DNA of 64,000 nucleotides from Nitrospira sp. (GTDB lineage Bacteria; Nitrospirota; Nitrospiria; Nitrospirales; Nitrospiraceae): NCBI GenBank assembly GCA_047150005.1, contig AP038806.1, positions 3,072,001 to 3,136,000 of the forward strand, read 5' to 3'. Shown piece by piece: positions 50,028 to 61,500 of this stretch (position 1 is its first letter; each line of letters starts with the position of its first letter). The notes under the pieces were generated by a model. It saw only the letters and a program-made list of their open reading frames with translations, ran no database searches and was not told where the DNA came from. The position numbers and the translations under genes were made by a program.

Positions 50028-50582
50028 CTATTTCTTCGTGCAGCGGAGGTCTGACCGTTGGATCTCCGCGAGCTTCTGATCGTCGAACGGGATCGGAGCG
50101 CAGCCGTGCCCTTTTTCGCAGACGAAGTCGAACTTCGCCGCCGGTTGATGACAGCTCAAGCAGGTGACTCCCTGCGACTGATTCACGACGTTGTCGCCGC
50201 GATCCTTGATTGTGGTGCCTTCCTTAGACACCTCCAGGAAGAAAAACTCCCACCCGTTCGTCTTGGGGAATTTCTCGCGTGGGTGCTTCACCATGGCTTC
50301 GTGGGGAACCAGCTGGAGGATGGTCCCGACCGGATAGTCCTTGTCCGGCACGCTGTCCCTGAAAATCCGCATCGCTTCCTTCAACTTCTCCGGATCGTCA
50401 TGTTTGAAGCGCGTATTCCTGACCTTCGGCCAATCGAGAATGCAGCCGAACGTCTCCTCGGACACGGTCACGTCTTCCGCCGACGCGCCGGCGGGCATCG
50501 ACGCATCAAATACCGCCGCCAGCAGAATCCCTGTGACGAGTGAAATGGAAAATTGACGCCACGCTCTGATGAATTCGTGCAT
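50028..50582 (-). CDS. periplasmic monoheme c-type cytochrome, cytochrome P460/c'-beta-like
   Basis: signal peptide; YPVGTIL, MVK, NGWEF, C-terminal CLSCH..DFV. Confidence 0.7.
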   Translation of the reverse strand: MHEFIRAWRQFSISLVTGILLAAVFDASMPAGASAEDVTVSEETFGCILDWPKVRNTRFKHDDPEKLKEAMRIFRDSVPDKDYPVGTILQLVPHEAMVKHPREKFPKTNGWEFFFLEVSKEGTTIKDRGDNVVNQSQGVTCLSCHQPAAKFDFVCEKGHGCAPIPFDDQKLAEIQRSDLRCTKK

Positions 50583-50825
50583 GATGGATCCTCCCTTCTA
50601 TTCCCATCGCAAGAAACCCGAGGAGATTGGACCAGCCTGTACGGCGTTACGGCAATTATGGCGCCGGTCCGCGCCGGATTGGAATAGGGTGAATGGCACG
50701 GGCGGTCAAAAAGTCAACGGGGCGGCGAAGTGCGGTGCGGAAGCGATTGACCGTCGCGCCGGCATTCCTTTACAGTAGCGCCGTTTGTCCAAAGGGTTTG
50801 GTTCTCACCGCTCGGGGGCAACCGT

Positions 50826-51608
50826 ATGCGGGTCGGCCTGGCTTTGGTCTGGGGTATCGTTTGCGTTCTTCTCGGCGGATGGGCAGCCGCCGAGGATTCG
50901 CTTGCGACGGGAGCGATCGTTCCGCCCGCTGCTCAAGGATTGGTTGCACCATTCCTAGCCGTTGCCGACTCCTCCAAGATCGTAGAAGTAAGTTCCGGCA
51001 CTGCCGCCTGTGAAAAGGGGACCCATCAATCCCCGATCAATATCAAGACCGTCCATCAACCCAAAGTCCATGATCGATTGCTGGCTCATTATCAGGCCGC
51101 GCCTGTTCATATCTCCAACACACATCACACGATTGAAGTCGACTATCAATCCGGCGGAACCCTCGAGGTCTCAGGCCGTGCCTATGAGTTGCAGGAGTTT
51201 CATTTCCACGAGCCGAGCGAGCACCAGCTGAACGGCAAGACGTACCCGATGGAAGCGCACTTAGTGCACCGGGATCAGACGGGGCATCTCGTCGTCGTCG
51301 CCGTGCTGATGGAGCAGGGGGTCGAGACGCCTTCGTTGGGGCAAGTATGGGACCGGATTCCGAGCGACAAGCAGGACCAGGTTCGTGAGCTCCTATTCAA
51401 CGCGCAGGATTTGTTGCCCCGCAACTTGCACCACTATGCCTACGACGGCTCACTCACCACGCCGCCTTGCACCGAGGGAGTGCATTGGATCGTCCTCAAA
51501 GAGCCGATTTCCATTACGGCGGCCCATATCCAGCGGTTCGTCTCGCTCGTCGGCCACAACGCCAGACCGGTCCAGCAGCTCAATGAACGGGAAGTCGATG
51601 AGGAATGA
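50826..51608 (+). CDS. periplasmic alpha-carbonic anhydrase
   Basis: QSPINI, FHFHEPSEH, EAHLVH, GSLTTPPCTEGV, NARPVQ. Confidence 0.95.
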   Translation: MRVGLALVWGIVCVLLGGWAAAEDSLATGAIVPPAAQGLVAPFLAVADSSKIVEVSSGTAACEKGTHQSPINIKTVHQPKVHDRLLAHYQAAPVHISNTHHTIEVDYQSGGTLEVSGRAYELQEFHFHEPSEHQLNGKTYPMEAHLVHRDQTGHLVVVAVLMEQGVETPSLGQVWDRIPSDKQDQVRELLFNAQDLLPRNLHHYAYDGSLTTPPCTEGVHWIVLKEPISITAAHIQRFVSLVGHNARPVQQLNEREVDEE

Positions 51609-51673
51609 GCCGGTCATAGCACGCCTCGCTCGATCTCGCGCAGGTAGAGAAAGCTTGGGGCTTTGACGCCGGC

Positions 51674-52138
51674 TTACTCCACGGCCTGTTCCAACAGCGC
51701 GCCGACTGAAGTCAGTTTGGAGGTCAGTTCAATCGGCACACCGTGCCGCTCCTGGAACAACTCGGGAGCATTGTAGGTGAGCCAGACCTTCCCTTCCGCA
51801 TCTTCCCATGCCAAGGCTTTCATCGGAAGATCAATGGCTGCAGTCGGTCTCACCACCATCAATGCCGTCCCGCCCTTCGGGTTGCCGAAGATGAGCAGTT
51901 GGGTTGGTCGCATCGTGAGTCCGACGTTCTTCGCCTCTCCTGCATGGTCGATCCGAGTAAACACCTTCATCCCTTTGGCCGTGACGGCCTGTTCGATTCG
52001 GTCGATGGTCTCAGCGACCGAGTAATGGCTTGGCTTCGTGACGAGATTGCTTTCAGCGCGGGCTGTCCCTGCAATCAGTGGCGCAAGCGCTACGCCCAGG
52101 AACAGAACGCCGTTGAGTAGTGTCAGAAAGAATTTCAT
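51674..52138 (-). CDS. DUF302 family protein
   Basis: signal peptide; IDH..A..GL, FGNPKGGT, DLP. Confidence 0.9.
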   Translation of the reverse strand: MKFFLTLLNGVLFLGVALAPLIAGTARAESNLVTKPSHYSVAETIDRIEQAVTAKGMKVFTRIDHAGEAKNVGLTMRPTQLLIFGNPKGGTALMVVRPTAAIDLPMKALAWEDAEGKVWLTYNAPELFQERHGVPIELTSKLTSVGALLEQAVE

Positions 52139-52201
52139 AGACCACCTCTATTTCGTTCCTTCGCGTTGCGCGAGTCCATGTGCGACGACGTGGATGGGCC
52201 G

Positions 52202-52400
52202 TCAGGCTTCCGCTGTGGAGGTCTCGGCGCGGATCTGTAGGAAATCCTGATGCACCGGAATCCGGTAGCTGCCGTCGGAAGACGCGAAGTTGGCCTGGAG
52301 ATAGGCTTCCACGTCGCGCTTCGCGGGTGCGTTTGTCATGTCCAACAGATTGAGCATGAATTCCGCGACCGCATAGGTCTTAGTCAGGTCCAGGGTACAC
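52202..52400 (-). pseudogene. orphan C-terminal gene fragment of unknown origin
   Basis: protein-like LDLTKTYAVAEFMLN..HQDFLQIRA with no convincing start. Confidence 0.35.
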
Positions 52401-52590
52401 GCTCCTGATCGGCCATCCTGAACCTCCGTCGTGTGGCTCCTATACCATCGAGCGGCCATGTGTGCCTATCGCAAAATTGACACAAGCCACACACAGACCT
52501 TCGCGCGGATAGCGGACCTCCTATAGGATTCTTTGCGTGTAAGTCAAATACATCGAACCGTAGGAGGGTGCGCGGTTCAGCACTGACAGG

Positions 52591-53337
52591 TCAATGGCTT
52601 GACGTGGGCAGGGGCCGATCGAAGTGCAGCGAGATTCCGAAGACGAAGATTTGAGAGGAATAGTCCCCTTGGGCGCTGTCGGTTCGAAGCGTCGCCCGGT
52701 TGTATTTGAACTCTCCGAAAAGCGCCAGCTGCGGCATCACAAAATAGCGGGCGCCGGCGATGAGGTTGACCCCGACACTGACGTTCGTATCGCCGCTCGT
52801 CGTGAAGAACAGCGCCGGGCCGATTCCGCCGTAGGGTTCGAGCTCCGCGACCAAGGATGGGCTGCGCACGATCGCGTTGATGGCCCAGGTCGTCAGCTGC
52901 ATGTGAGAGCCGGGCATCGTCTCCGAGAAGACCTTTCCGGGAACGCCGCCCACGACGGTCTGCTGCTTGATATTCAACTGCGACGAGAAGGCCTCTGTTT
53001 CGAGGCCGAACCACTCGCGTTTGGGGAAGAAAAATCCGACCTTCGCCCCATAGAACGGAGAGGCTTTCTCCATGTCGATGTCGGTGACGCGTGCGTCGGT
53101 CACGCCTCCGGCCAAAGTGGGACTACTCACCGTAGCATTGGACAAGCTGCCCGGCAGGATGACGCCGGTCTGGCCGACCACATACCATTCTCCCTGTACG
53201 GGAAATACGCTGAGAAATACGACGGCACCGAAACAGAGCGCTGCTGCAACGAAGCGTCGCGCGACAATCGTGTTCAATACACGGCCTTCATTGACGTTCA
53301 GATCATACTGAGGGACCGACTGTCCCCATGTTAGCAC
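52591..53337 (-). CDS. outer-membrane beta-barrel (OmpA-like 8-strand) protein
   Basis: EWYV.G..G, YGAKVG, PYGGIG, LFGEFKY, GISLHF; true start probably downstream of 53337. Confidence 0.8.
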   Translation of the reverse strand: MLTWGQSVPQYDLNVNEGRVLNTIVARRFVAAALCFGAVVFLSVFPVQGEWYVVGQTGVILPGSLSNATVSSPTLAGGVTDARVTDIDMEKASPFYGAKVGFFFPKREWFGLETEAFSSQLNIKQQTVVGGVPGKVFSETMPGSHMQLTTWAINAIVRSPSLVAELEPYGGIGPALFFTTSGDTNVSVGVNLIAGARYFVMPQLALFGEFKYNRATLRTDSAQGDYSSQIFVFGISLHFDRPLPTSSH

Positions 53338-53467
53338 GTTTGACGACGCCGACAGGTGAGTTGGTGAAAAAAATCCGGTTTCACCCGGCAGTGTCGATAC
53401 TACCGGTTGAAAATCCGGAGGTGCTCTTGTTGTAGTATGGCGTCATGACGAGCTGCGAGGTGACGAC

Positions 53468-54031
53468 ATGAACCAAGACAATCATCCCGTGCCGGAATGC
53501 GCCGTGTTTGTCGGTATCAGTCTCGACGGATTCATTGCGCGCGCTAACGGCGATCTCGATTGGCTGATGGGCGAGGGCGGCGGCGACAGCTCAGAGTATG
53601 GGTACAACGAGTTCATCGCCGACATCGACGCAATCGTCATGGGTCGAAAGACGTTTGAGAAAGTGTTGACGTTCGACAAGTGGTATTACGGCCGCAAGCG
53701 CGTGGTCGTCCTGAGCACGCGTTCTCTCGATCTCTCCGTCGCACAGGCGCGCGGAGGCATGGTCGAGCTGATGGCCGGGTCTCCGGTTCAGATCCTCTCC
53801 GAGCTGGCCGCGGACGGTGCGCGGCGGCTCTACGTGGACGGTGGCGTCACGATTCAGGAATTCCTGCGCGCGGGACTCATACGCCGTCTGATCATCAGTC
53901 GTCTGCCCGTGCTGATCGGCGCGGGCATTCCGCTCTTCGGCTCCCTCCCGCGCGACATCCGTCTTCGGCATGTCACGACGCGTACCTATCCTGGGGGCAT
54001 GGTCCAAAGCGAGTACCGGATTGATGCATGA
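53468..54031 (+). CDS. dihydrofolate reductase-like (RibD C-terminal) protein
   Basis: SLDGFIA, MGRKTF, VDGG, PVLIGAGIPLF. Confidence 0.92.
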   Translation: MNQDNHPVPECAVFVGISLDGFIARANGDLDWLMGEGGGDSSEYGYNEFIADIDAIVMGRKTFEKVLTFDKWYYGRKRVVVLSTRSLDLSVAQARGGMVELMAGSPVQILSELAADGARRLYVDGGVTIQEFLRAGLIRRLIISRLPVLIGAGIPLFGSLPRDIRLRHVTTRTYPGGMVQSEYRIDA

Positions 54032-54165
54032 ACCGGAAGCACGTCCGGGAGTGCTAATGGAGAGTCGGAGGTTCATTTCGAGTCTCGTACGGTCGCCTAT
54101 TATGGTTGCCAAGGGGAAGAGTACATCGAACGCTATCCGATGGTTGCGGTGAAGTCGTACGTCTC

Positions 54166-55497
54166 ATGACTCAATCACTCCGTGGAAAGTCTGTCATCGT
54201 CGTTGGGGCCGGTCTGGCTGGGTTGACCGCTGCGGTGGAACTGCAGCGGGAGGGCATGACCGTGACGGTGTTGGAAGGCCAGGAACGGGTCGGCGGCAGG
54301 GTGTTGACGATCAGGAACGGATTTGCCGATGGACAGTATGCCGAGGCCGGCGCCGAGTTTATCGATGAGGATCACGAAGAGACCTGTCGGCTGGTCCGCA
54401 GTGTCAATCTCAGGCTCGTGCCGGTGTTGCAAGAAGGGTTCGGCTTTGCCTTGTCGTCCGGGGGACGAGTCCGCCGCGTTTCGGGGAATGGACTGTGGAA
54501 GTCGCTGGCGCAGCAGCTGGCTCCGCTGATTCGAGCCTATCAGCTGGGCGAACAGCGCTGGGACGGAGGGGTGGCGGCCGAATTGGGATCCGTGTCCGTG
54601 GCTGAATGGATGAAGGGCCGGTTGCTGCCGCGGGAACTGCGCGAGATGCTCGTCGGGTTGCGTGGGTTTTTCCTGGCCGATCCTGCCGACCTGTCGCTGC
54701 TCAGTTTGGTCGATCAGGTGGCTTCCGGTAGTTCCGGGAAGGGCGGCATGTACCGGATCGCGGGCGGCAACGATCGGCTCCCGGAGGCGCTTGCGGCGCG
54801 ACTGTCGGACCGGCTGTTGCTCCGGCATGAAGTACTGGCGGTCTCCCAGTCCAAACAGTCCGTTCGTGTGCGTATTCGGACCGAGCATCAGGAATCCTGG
54901 CTTCGATCCGACCATGTCATTCTCGCGCTTCCGGCTACGAAGGTGCGGACGCTCGATATCAAACCGGCGTTGCCTCCCGAGCAGGCCGCCGCTTTCTCGA
55001 CCTTGTCCTACGGGGCGGTCACCAAGGTGCTGCTGCAGTTCGAGCGCCGGTTTTGGAAACGGCGGCATCAGCCGTTGGCCTACGGGACCAATCTGCCGAT
55101 CGGAGCCGTATGGGATGCCAACGAACAACAGAAAGGCAAGCACGGGATCCTGTGTCTCATGGCCGGAGGAGAGACAAGTCGGGCCACGAGACAACTCGCA
55201 TCAGGCAGCGCGGCCGGTATCGTACGGACGCTCCGCTGGCTCGGCGCGTCACGGACACAGGCGGTCGCGATGCAATCCGTCACGTGGGAGCGGAATCCCT
55301 GGGTTCGAGGCGGCTATGCCGTGTTTGGTCCAGGGTTCGACCCGACGTGGCGATCATGGCTTGCCCGCCCGCACGGTCGTCTGTTCTTTGCCGGTGAACA
55401 TACCAGTCTGCGATGGCAAGGCTATATGAATGGTGCGGTAGAGAGCGGATTGCGAGCCGCAGCCGAGATCCAAGCCTATCGAAGGTTCCGCCATTGA
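54166..55497 (+). CDS. flavin monoamine/amino-acid oxidase family protein
   Basis: VGAGLAGL, RVGGRV, GGNDRL, FAGEHT..GYMNGAVESG. Confidence 0.92.
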   Translation: MTQSLRGKSVIVVGAGLAGLTAAVELQREGMTVTVLEGQERVGGRVLTIRNGFADGQYAEAGAEFIDEDHEETCRLVRSVNLRLVPVLQEGFGFALSSGGRVRRVSGNGLWKSLAQQLAPLIRAYQLGEQRWDGGVAAELGSVSVAEWMKGRLLPRELREMLVGLRGFFLADPADLSLLSLVDQVASGSSGKGGMYRIAGGNDRLPEALAARLSDRLLLRHEVLAVSQSKQSVRVRIRTEHQESWLRSDHVILALPATKVRTLDIKPALPPEQAAAFSTLSYGAVTKVLLQFERRFWKRRHQPLAYGTNLPIGAVWDANEQQKGKHGILCLMAGGETSRATRQLASGSAAGIVRTLRWLGASRTQAVAMQSVTWERNPWVRGGYAVFGPGFDPTWRSWLARPHGRLFFAGEHTSLRWQGYMNGAVESGLRAAAEIQAYRRFRH

Positions 55498-55557
55498 CTC
55501 GTTCGTGTGTTTCAGGCACGTTGGCGTCCGCGCCGTGCACCGGCTGAGGACGCAGAG

Positions 55558-58500
55558 ATGCCCGAGGCGACAAGAACGGAAGACCGAGGCAAAGAACCGA
55601 GAGAAAACTCCTTTCAGATTACGCCGCCGGCGATCGCGCTGCCAAAAGGCGGAGGCGCCATCCGCGGCATCGGCGAAAAGTTCGGCGTCAATCCTGTTAC
55701 AGGGACCGGGTCGCTGACGATTCCCATCTTTACCAGTCCGGGACGAGCCGGATTCGGGCCGCAGCTTTCGCTTTCCTATGATTCGGGAGCGGGGAACGGA
55801 CCTTTCGGATTGGGTTGGGATCTTTCCCTTCCTTCCATCATCCGAAAGACCGACAAAGGCCTGCCTCGGTACATGGACGCGGAAGACTCCGACGTGTTCA
55901 TCCTGTCCGGCGCCGAGGATCTTGTTCCGTCTCTCATCGAGCAGGGCCATGCCTGGGTGCCTGACCCCGTGCCGCCGAGAACCATCGGGACCGTGACCTA
56001 CGACATTCGCCGCTATCGGCCTCGTATCGAGGGCCTCTTTGCCCGCATCGAGCGCTGGGCGAATCAGAACGATGCAACGGACGTCTGCTGGCGATCAATC
56101 TCCAAGGACAACATCACGACCTGGTACGGCAAAACCTCGGAAAGCCGAATCTTCGACCCTGGCGATCCTTCGCACATCTTCAGTTGGCTCATGTGCGAGC
56201 GCTATGACGACAAGGGCAATGCCGTCCGCTGTGAGTACAAGGGAGAAGATTCGGAACGTGTCTTATCGAACCATGCACACGAGAAAAATCGAACGACGGC
56301 AGGGCGCGCTGCGAATCGATACCTCAAACGCATCAAATACGGAAACAAGGCGTCACGCTTGGTCGAGCCGGATCTGGATCGAGCCGAGTGGCTGTTCGAA
56401 GTCGTGTTCGACTATGGAGAACATGATCCAAATGTGCCATTGCCGTGGCAAGAGGTGAAGACGTGGGATTGCCGGCAAGATCCGTTCTCCACCTATCGCG
56501 CCGGCTTCGAAGTGCGGACCTATCGGCTGTGCCGGCGTGTACTGATGTTTCACCATTTTCCGGACGAAGATGTAGGAGAAGATTGTCTCGTCCGTTCCAC
56601 GGATTTTACTTATTCCGCTGAAACGCATCCGAACGACGCTCGCCATCCCATGTACTCGTTCATCGAGTCCGTGGAGCAGGCGGCCTATCAACGTAACCTA
56701 GGGGGAACGTACGACCGGCGCTCGTTTCCCCCCGTCACCTTTGAATACGCTGCAGCGGAAGTGAGCGAGACGATTCGTGACGTCGATCCGGCCAGCTTGG
56801 AAAACCTTCCGAGCGGTTTGGACGGCGGTCACTATCAATGGGTGGATCTGGACGGCGAGGGACTATCGGGTATTCTCACCGAGCAAGGTAGCGGCTGGTT
56901 CTACAAGCGAAATCTGAGTCCCGCTACGGAGCGGGAGGTCGACGGCCAAAAGGTTGCGGACGTGCGTCTTGCGCCGGTCGAACTCGTGGCTTCCAAGCCC
57001 TCCTTGGCGGCGCTTCGTGCCGGTGGACAGCAACTGCTCGATCTGGCGGGTGATGGGCAGCTCGACCTTGTCTCACTTGAGGGGGCCGTGCAAGGTTTCT
57101 ACGAGCGAAGAGCTGATGAGCAATGGGAGACCTTCAAGCCCTTTCAATCGATTCCAAATCGTAACTGGTCCGATCCCAATCTGAAGTTTATCGACTTGAC
57201 CGGCGATGGCCACGCCGATGTGATGATCACGGAGGACGAGGTGCTTTGCTGGCATCCATCTCTGGCCGAGGAGGGATTCGGACCGGCGTCCTACGTGCGG
57301 CAGGCGAAAGACGAGGAAGTGGGTCCGCGTCTCGTGTCCGCGGATCGCACGGAGTCGATCGTTCTCGCAGACATGTCGGGGGACGGGCTCATTGATCTCG
57401 TGCGCATTCGCAACGGAGCAGTCTGTTACTGGCCGAACCTGGGATACGGGCGTTTTGGGACCAAAGTCACCATGGACCAGTCGCCCTGGTTCGACCCGCC
57501 TGGCCTCTTCGACCCACGACGCATTCGCTTGGCCGACGTCGACGGCTCAGGAACGACGGACATCCTCTATCTGAACGAACAAGGTGTGCATATCTATTTC
57601 AATCAGTCCGGAAATGGATGGAGCGTCCGCCGATCACTGAAAGCTTTCCCGCCGATGGACAATCTCGCAAGTATCATGACGGCGGATCTTCTGGGGAATG
57701 CCACGGCTTGCCTTGTCTGGTCGTCGCCGCTTCCAGGGAATGCGCGACAGCCGATGCGCTATGTGGATCTTATGGGAGGCCAGAAGCCGCATCTCATGAT
57801 CCGCATGACGAACAACCTCGGTGCCGAGACCTGCATCCAATACGCGCCGTCGACAAAGTTTTACGTCACCGACCGCCTTGCCGGGAGGCCGTGGATTACC
57901 AAGATTCCTTTCCCGGTGCATTGCGTGGAAAAAGTGACAGTGTCGGATAAATGGCGCAAGACGAAGTTTGCGTCGGCCTATAGCTATCATCACGGTTATT
58001 TCGACGGTATCGAGCGGGAGTTTCGCGGATTCGGCTGCATCGAACAGATCGATACCGAAGACTATGGAGTCTTCGCCGACGGGAACGCCGACAGCCCCTA
58101 TATCACCGATGCCAAGGAACTCTATCAGCCGCCGATCAAGACCGTGACCTGGTTTCACACGGGAGCATGGCTCGATCGAGACAAAATCCTGTCACACTTC
58201 CAGGACGAATATTTCCCGAATTGGTTCGAGGCGCTCAGGCCCGGCGAAGCCAATGTGCTCGGCGGCTTCCAGGAGCATCGGCTGCCGGAGCCCGATCTGA
58301 TCGCCCAGGAGCTTTCTGCAGAGGAATGGCGCGAGGCGTTGCGAGCCTGCAAGGGCATGGTGCTTCGGCGGGAAATCTACGAGCTCGACGTGGACCAGCT
58401 GGCCGACGGAGCAGAGGTGCCGGTCAAGCTGTTCTCGACCGCATACCACAATTGCCATATTCAGCGGTTGCAACCTCGAAACGACAATCCATACGCGATA

Positions 58501-61500
58501 TTTCTCGTCACCGAAAGCGAGTCCATTACCTATCAGTATGAGTTGGACCTGACGTCGGGTAGCCTCACACCCGACCCTCGTGTCACCCATACGTTGAACC
58601 TGCGCATCGACGAGCTCGGCAACGTCCAGCAAGCCGTTGCGGCGGTGTACCCTCGATTCGGCCGGCACCGGGATGCGTCGCTGCCGAATGGGACCGAAGA
58701 CCTCATTGCCGCAGTCCAACAAGAACGGCACCTCCTTTACACCGAGACGCGCTACACGCAGGACGTCGGCACCGAGGATGATTATCGCCTTCGGCTGCCT
58801 TGCGAGGTTTCCAGCTATGACCTGACGGGACTCCAGCCATCCAACGGCAATTATTGTTCTGTGAAGGAATTGCGCAACTATCGGCTGAGCCCGCAACGGT
58901 ATCAAATCCTACCAATGCCGGATGATATTGACGTTGCCGATATCCCCTATCAGCAAGTGCCGGACGAGACATCAGTCCAGAAACGCTTGGTCGAACGGGT
59001 CCGCACGTTGTTTTTCGACGAAGGTCTGATGACCTTTTTACCTCTCGGCGAGCTCAATGGCCTCGCCTTGAAATACGAGGATTACAAGCTGGCATTGACC
59101 GAGGATCTGCTCGATGCCGTCTATGGTGACAAGCTCACGCCGCCGGTCCGTGGTGACCTTGCTGATTCGGCGAGCAGCGGATATATGAGCGGGCAGTCTC
59201 TCAGCGATCGCTTCCCGAATGAAACGACCGACGGGGAATATTGGATCCGGTCCGGGACCGCCGGATTTGCCGGCCGCGCCGCCGCCCATTTTTGTTTGCC
59301 CGAGCGGTATGCCGATTCCTTCGGAAAAGTCACGACGCTCGCATTCGATCAGGCCTACCACCTGTTCATCGAGTCCAGTGCCGATGCCCTGGGAAATATC
59401 GTCGGCATCGAGGCCTTCGACTATCGCGTGCTCGCTCCGTCGGCGATGAAGGACATGAACGATAACCTGACGGAGATACGCTACGACGTCCTTGGTTTGC
59501 CCGCCGTTCTGGCGGTGAAAGGAAAAGGGAACGAGGGAGATAACCTGAATGGTCTCACCCCCGCTGTGCTTAATCCATCACTTGACCAGTTGAACGGCTA
59601 CTTCCAAGGGGCGTTTGACGAAACAGAAGCGCGTCGTCTGCTCGGCAACGCCACCGCTCGGTATGTCTACCATATGGGAGAGGAACGGCAAGGCGCGCAA
59701 GTCGTGTTCGGCGTTTATCCACCGGCGGCCAGCTCCATTCTGCGTGAGCGACATGTGGGCCAGCTCGGCCTGGCTGAAGAAAGCCCGCTGCAAGTAGCGT
59801 TCGAATATTCCGACGGCCTGGGGGCCTTGTTGGTCAAGAAGTCACAGGCTGAACCGGCAATGGGTAGTACGGCGTTGCGCTGGGTCGCCTCGGGCAAGAC
59901 CGTCTTGAACAACAAGGGCAAACCGGTCAAGCAATACGAACCGTACTTCAGTAGGAACGAGCATCGATTCGACGACACCGAGGCTGAAGCTGAAATCGGC
60001 GTCACACCGATCATGTATTACGATGCCGTGGGGCGGCTCATCCGCACCGAACGGCCCGACGGCGCCTTGAGCCGCGTCGAATTCTCGCCCTGGCACGTTG
60101 CGAGCTTCGATCTCAACGACACGGCCTATGATCCGAGGGGACATGCCCACAGCGATTGGTACAGGCGCAGGAAGGATGCCGCTCATCCGCGGTTCGCCGA
60201 GTTCGACAGCCCGGAGAATCAACGGGCTGCCGATCTCGTGAAAGTTCATGCCGTCACGCCGGCGCAGGTCTTCCTCGACAGTCTCGGCCGTGAGGTCGTC
60301 GCGGTCGGACATAATGCATTCGCCTATCCCAATGGCGGCACGAGCGGAAACGAACGATATGTCACCTTCACCAAACTTGATGCCGAAGGCAAGCCGCTTT
60401 GGATCAGAGACGCCAATCGCAATCTCGTGATGCAGTACATCACGCCTCCGAAGCCGACACGTTGGAGCGAGCAGCCGGATGAAACGGTGCTCGCCGACGC
60501 CGTGCCCTGCTACGATGTGGCCGGAAATCTGTTGCATCAGCACAGCATGGATGCCGGCGAACGATGGACGCTGAACGACGCAGCGGGCAAGCCCCTCTAT
60601 GCCTGGGATCTCAACGAGCGCCGTGAGTCCAACGGCACCGTCGTCATTGAGAACCGGCTGTTTCAGACGAAATACGATGCGCTCCATCGTCCGTCTGAAC
60701 GATGGTTGGCGATCAATGGCGGCGCGCCCCAGCTGATCGAGCGGTTCGTGTACGGAGAAGCCTCGGCGAACGCGAAGCAGGACAATTTGCGCGGCCGGCT
60801 TCGTGAGCATTTCGACCAAAGCGGCCGCAAGACGGCGGAGGCGTATGACTTCAAAGGAAACGCGCTGACGGCTACGCGACAACTCGCCGCGGGCTATCGC
60901 GAGCCGGTCATCGGATGGCAGCCCGGCAGTTCGACCGCGGATTTCGATCCTGAAATCTTTTTCCAACAAACTGAATACGATGCCCTGAATCGAATGACTC
61001 GCCTTTATAACTGGCATCGGGGAGTCGGAAGCCGTGTGGCCGTCTATGAACCGGCGTATAACCAGCGCGGGATCCTCTACCGCCAAGATGTGGTCATTCG
61101 TGCGCTCAAGACGGCGAATGGCTATCAGGAGAATGCCCAGAGCCGGCGTACGGCAGCGGTCGAGAGAATTTCCTACAACGCGAGAGATCAGCGGGAGCGG
61201 ATCGAGTATGGAAATGGCACGGTCACGCGCTACGAATACGATCCCGAAACGTTCCGCCTCGTCCAGTTGCGCACGACGAGGCCGGCGTACGATCCAGCCT
61301 TTCCGAGTCGCCGGTCGCAGTTCAAGAACGACCGTGTGCTCCAGAACCTGTTCTACACCTACGATCCCGTCGGCAACATCATGGAAATCGAAGACGATGC
61401 GTATGAACCGGCGTTCTTCGACAACCAGCAGGTCGATCCCAAGAGCCAGTATGTCTATGATGCGCTGTACCGGTTGATCTTTGCGATGGGGCGCCAAAAC

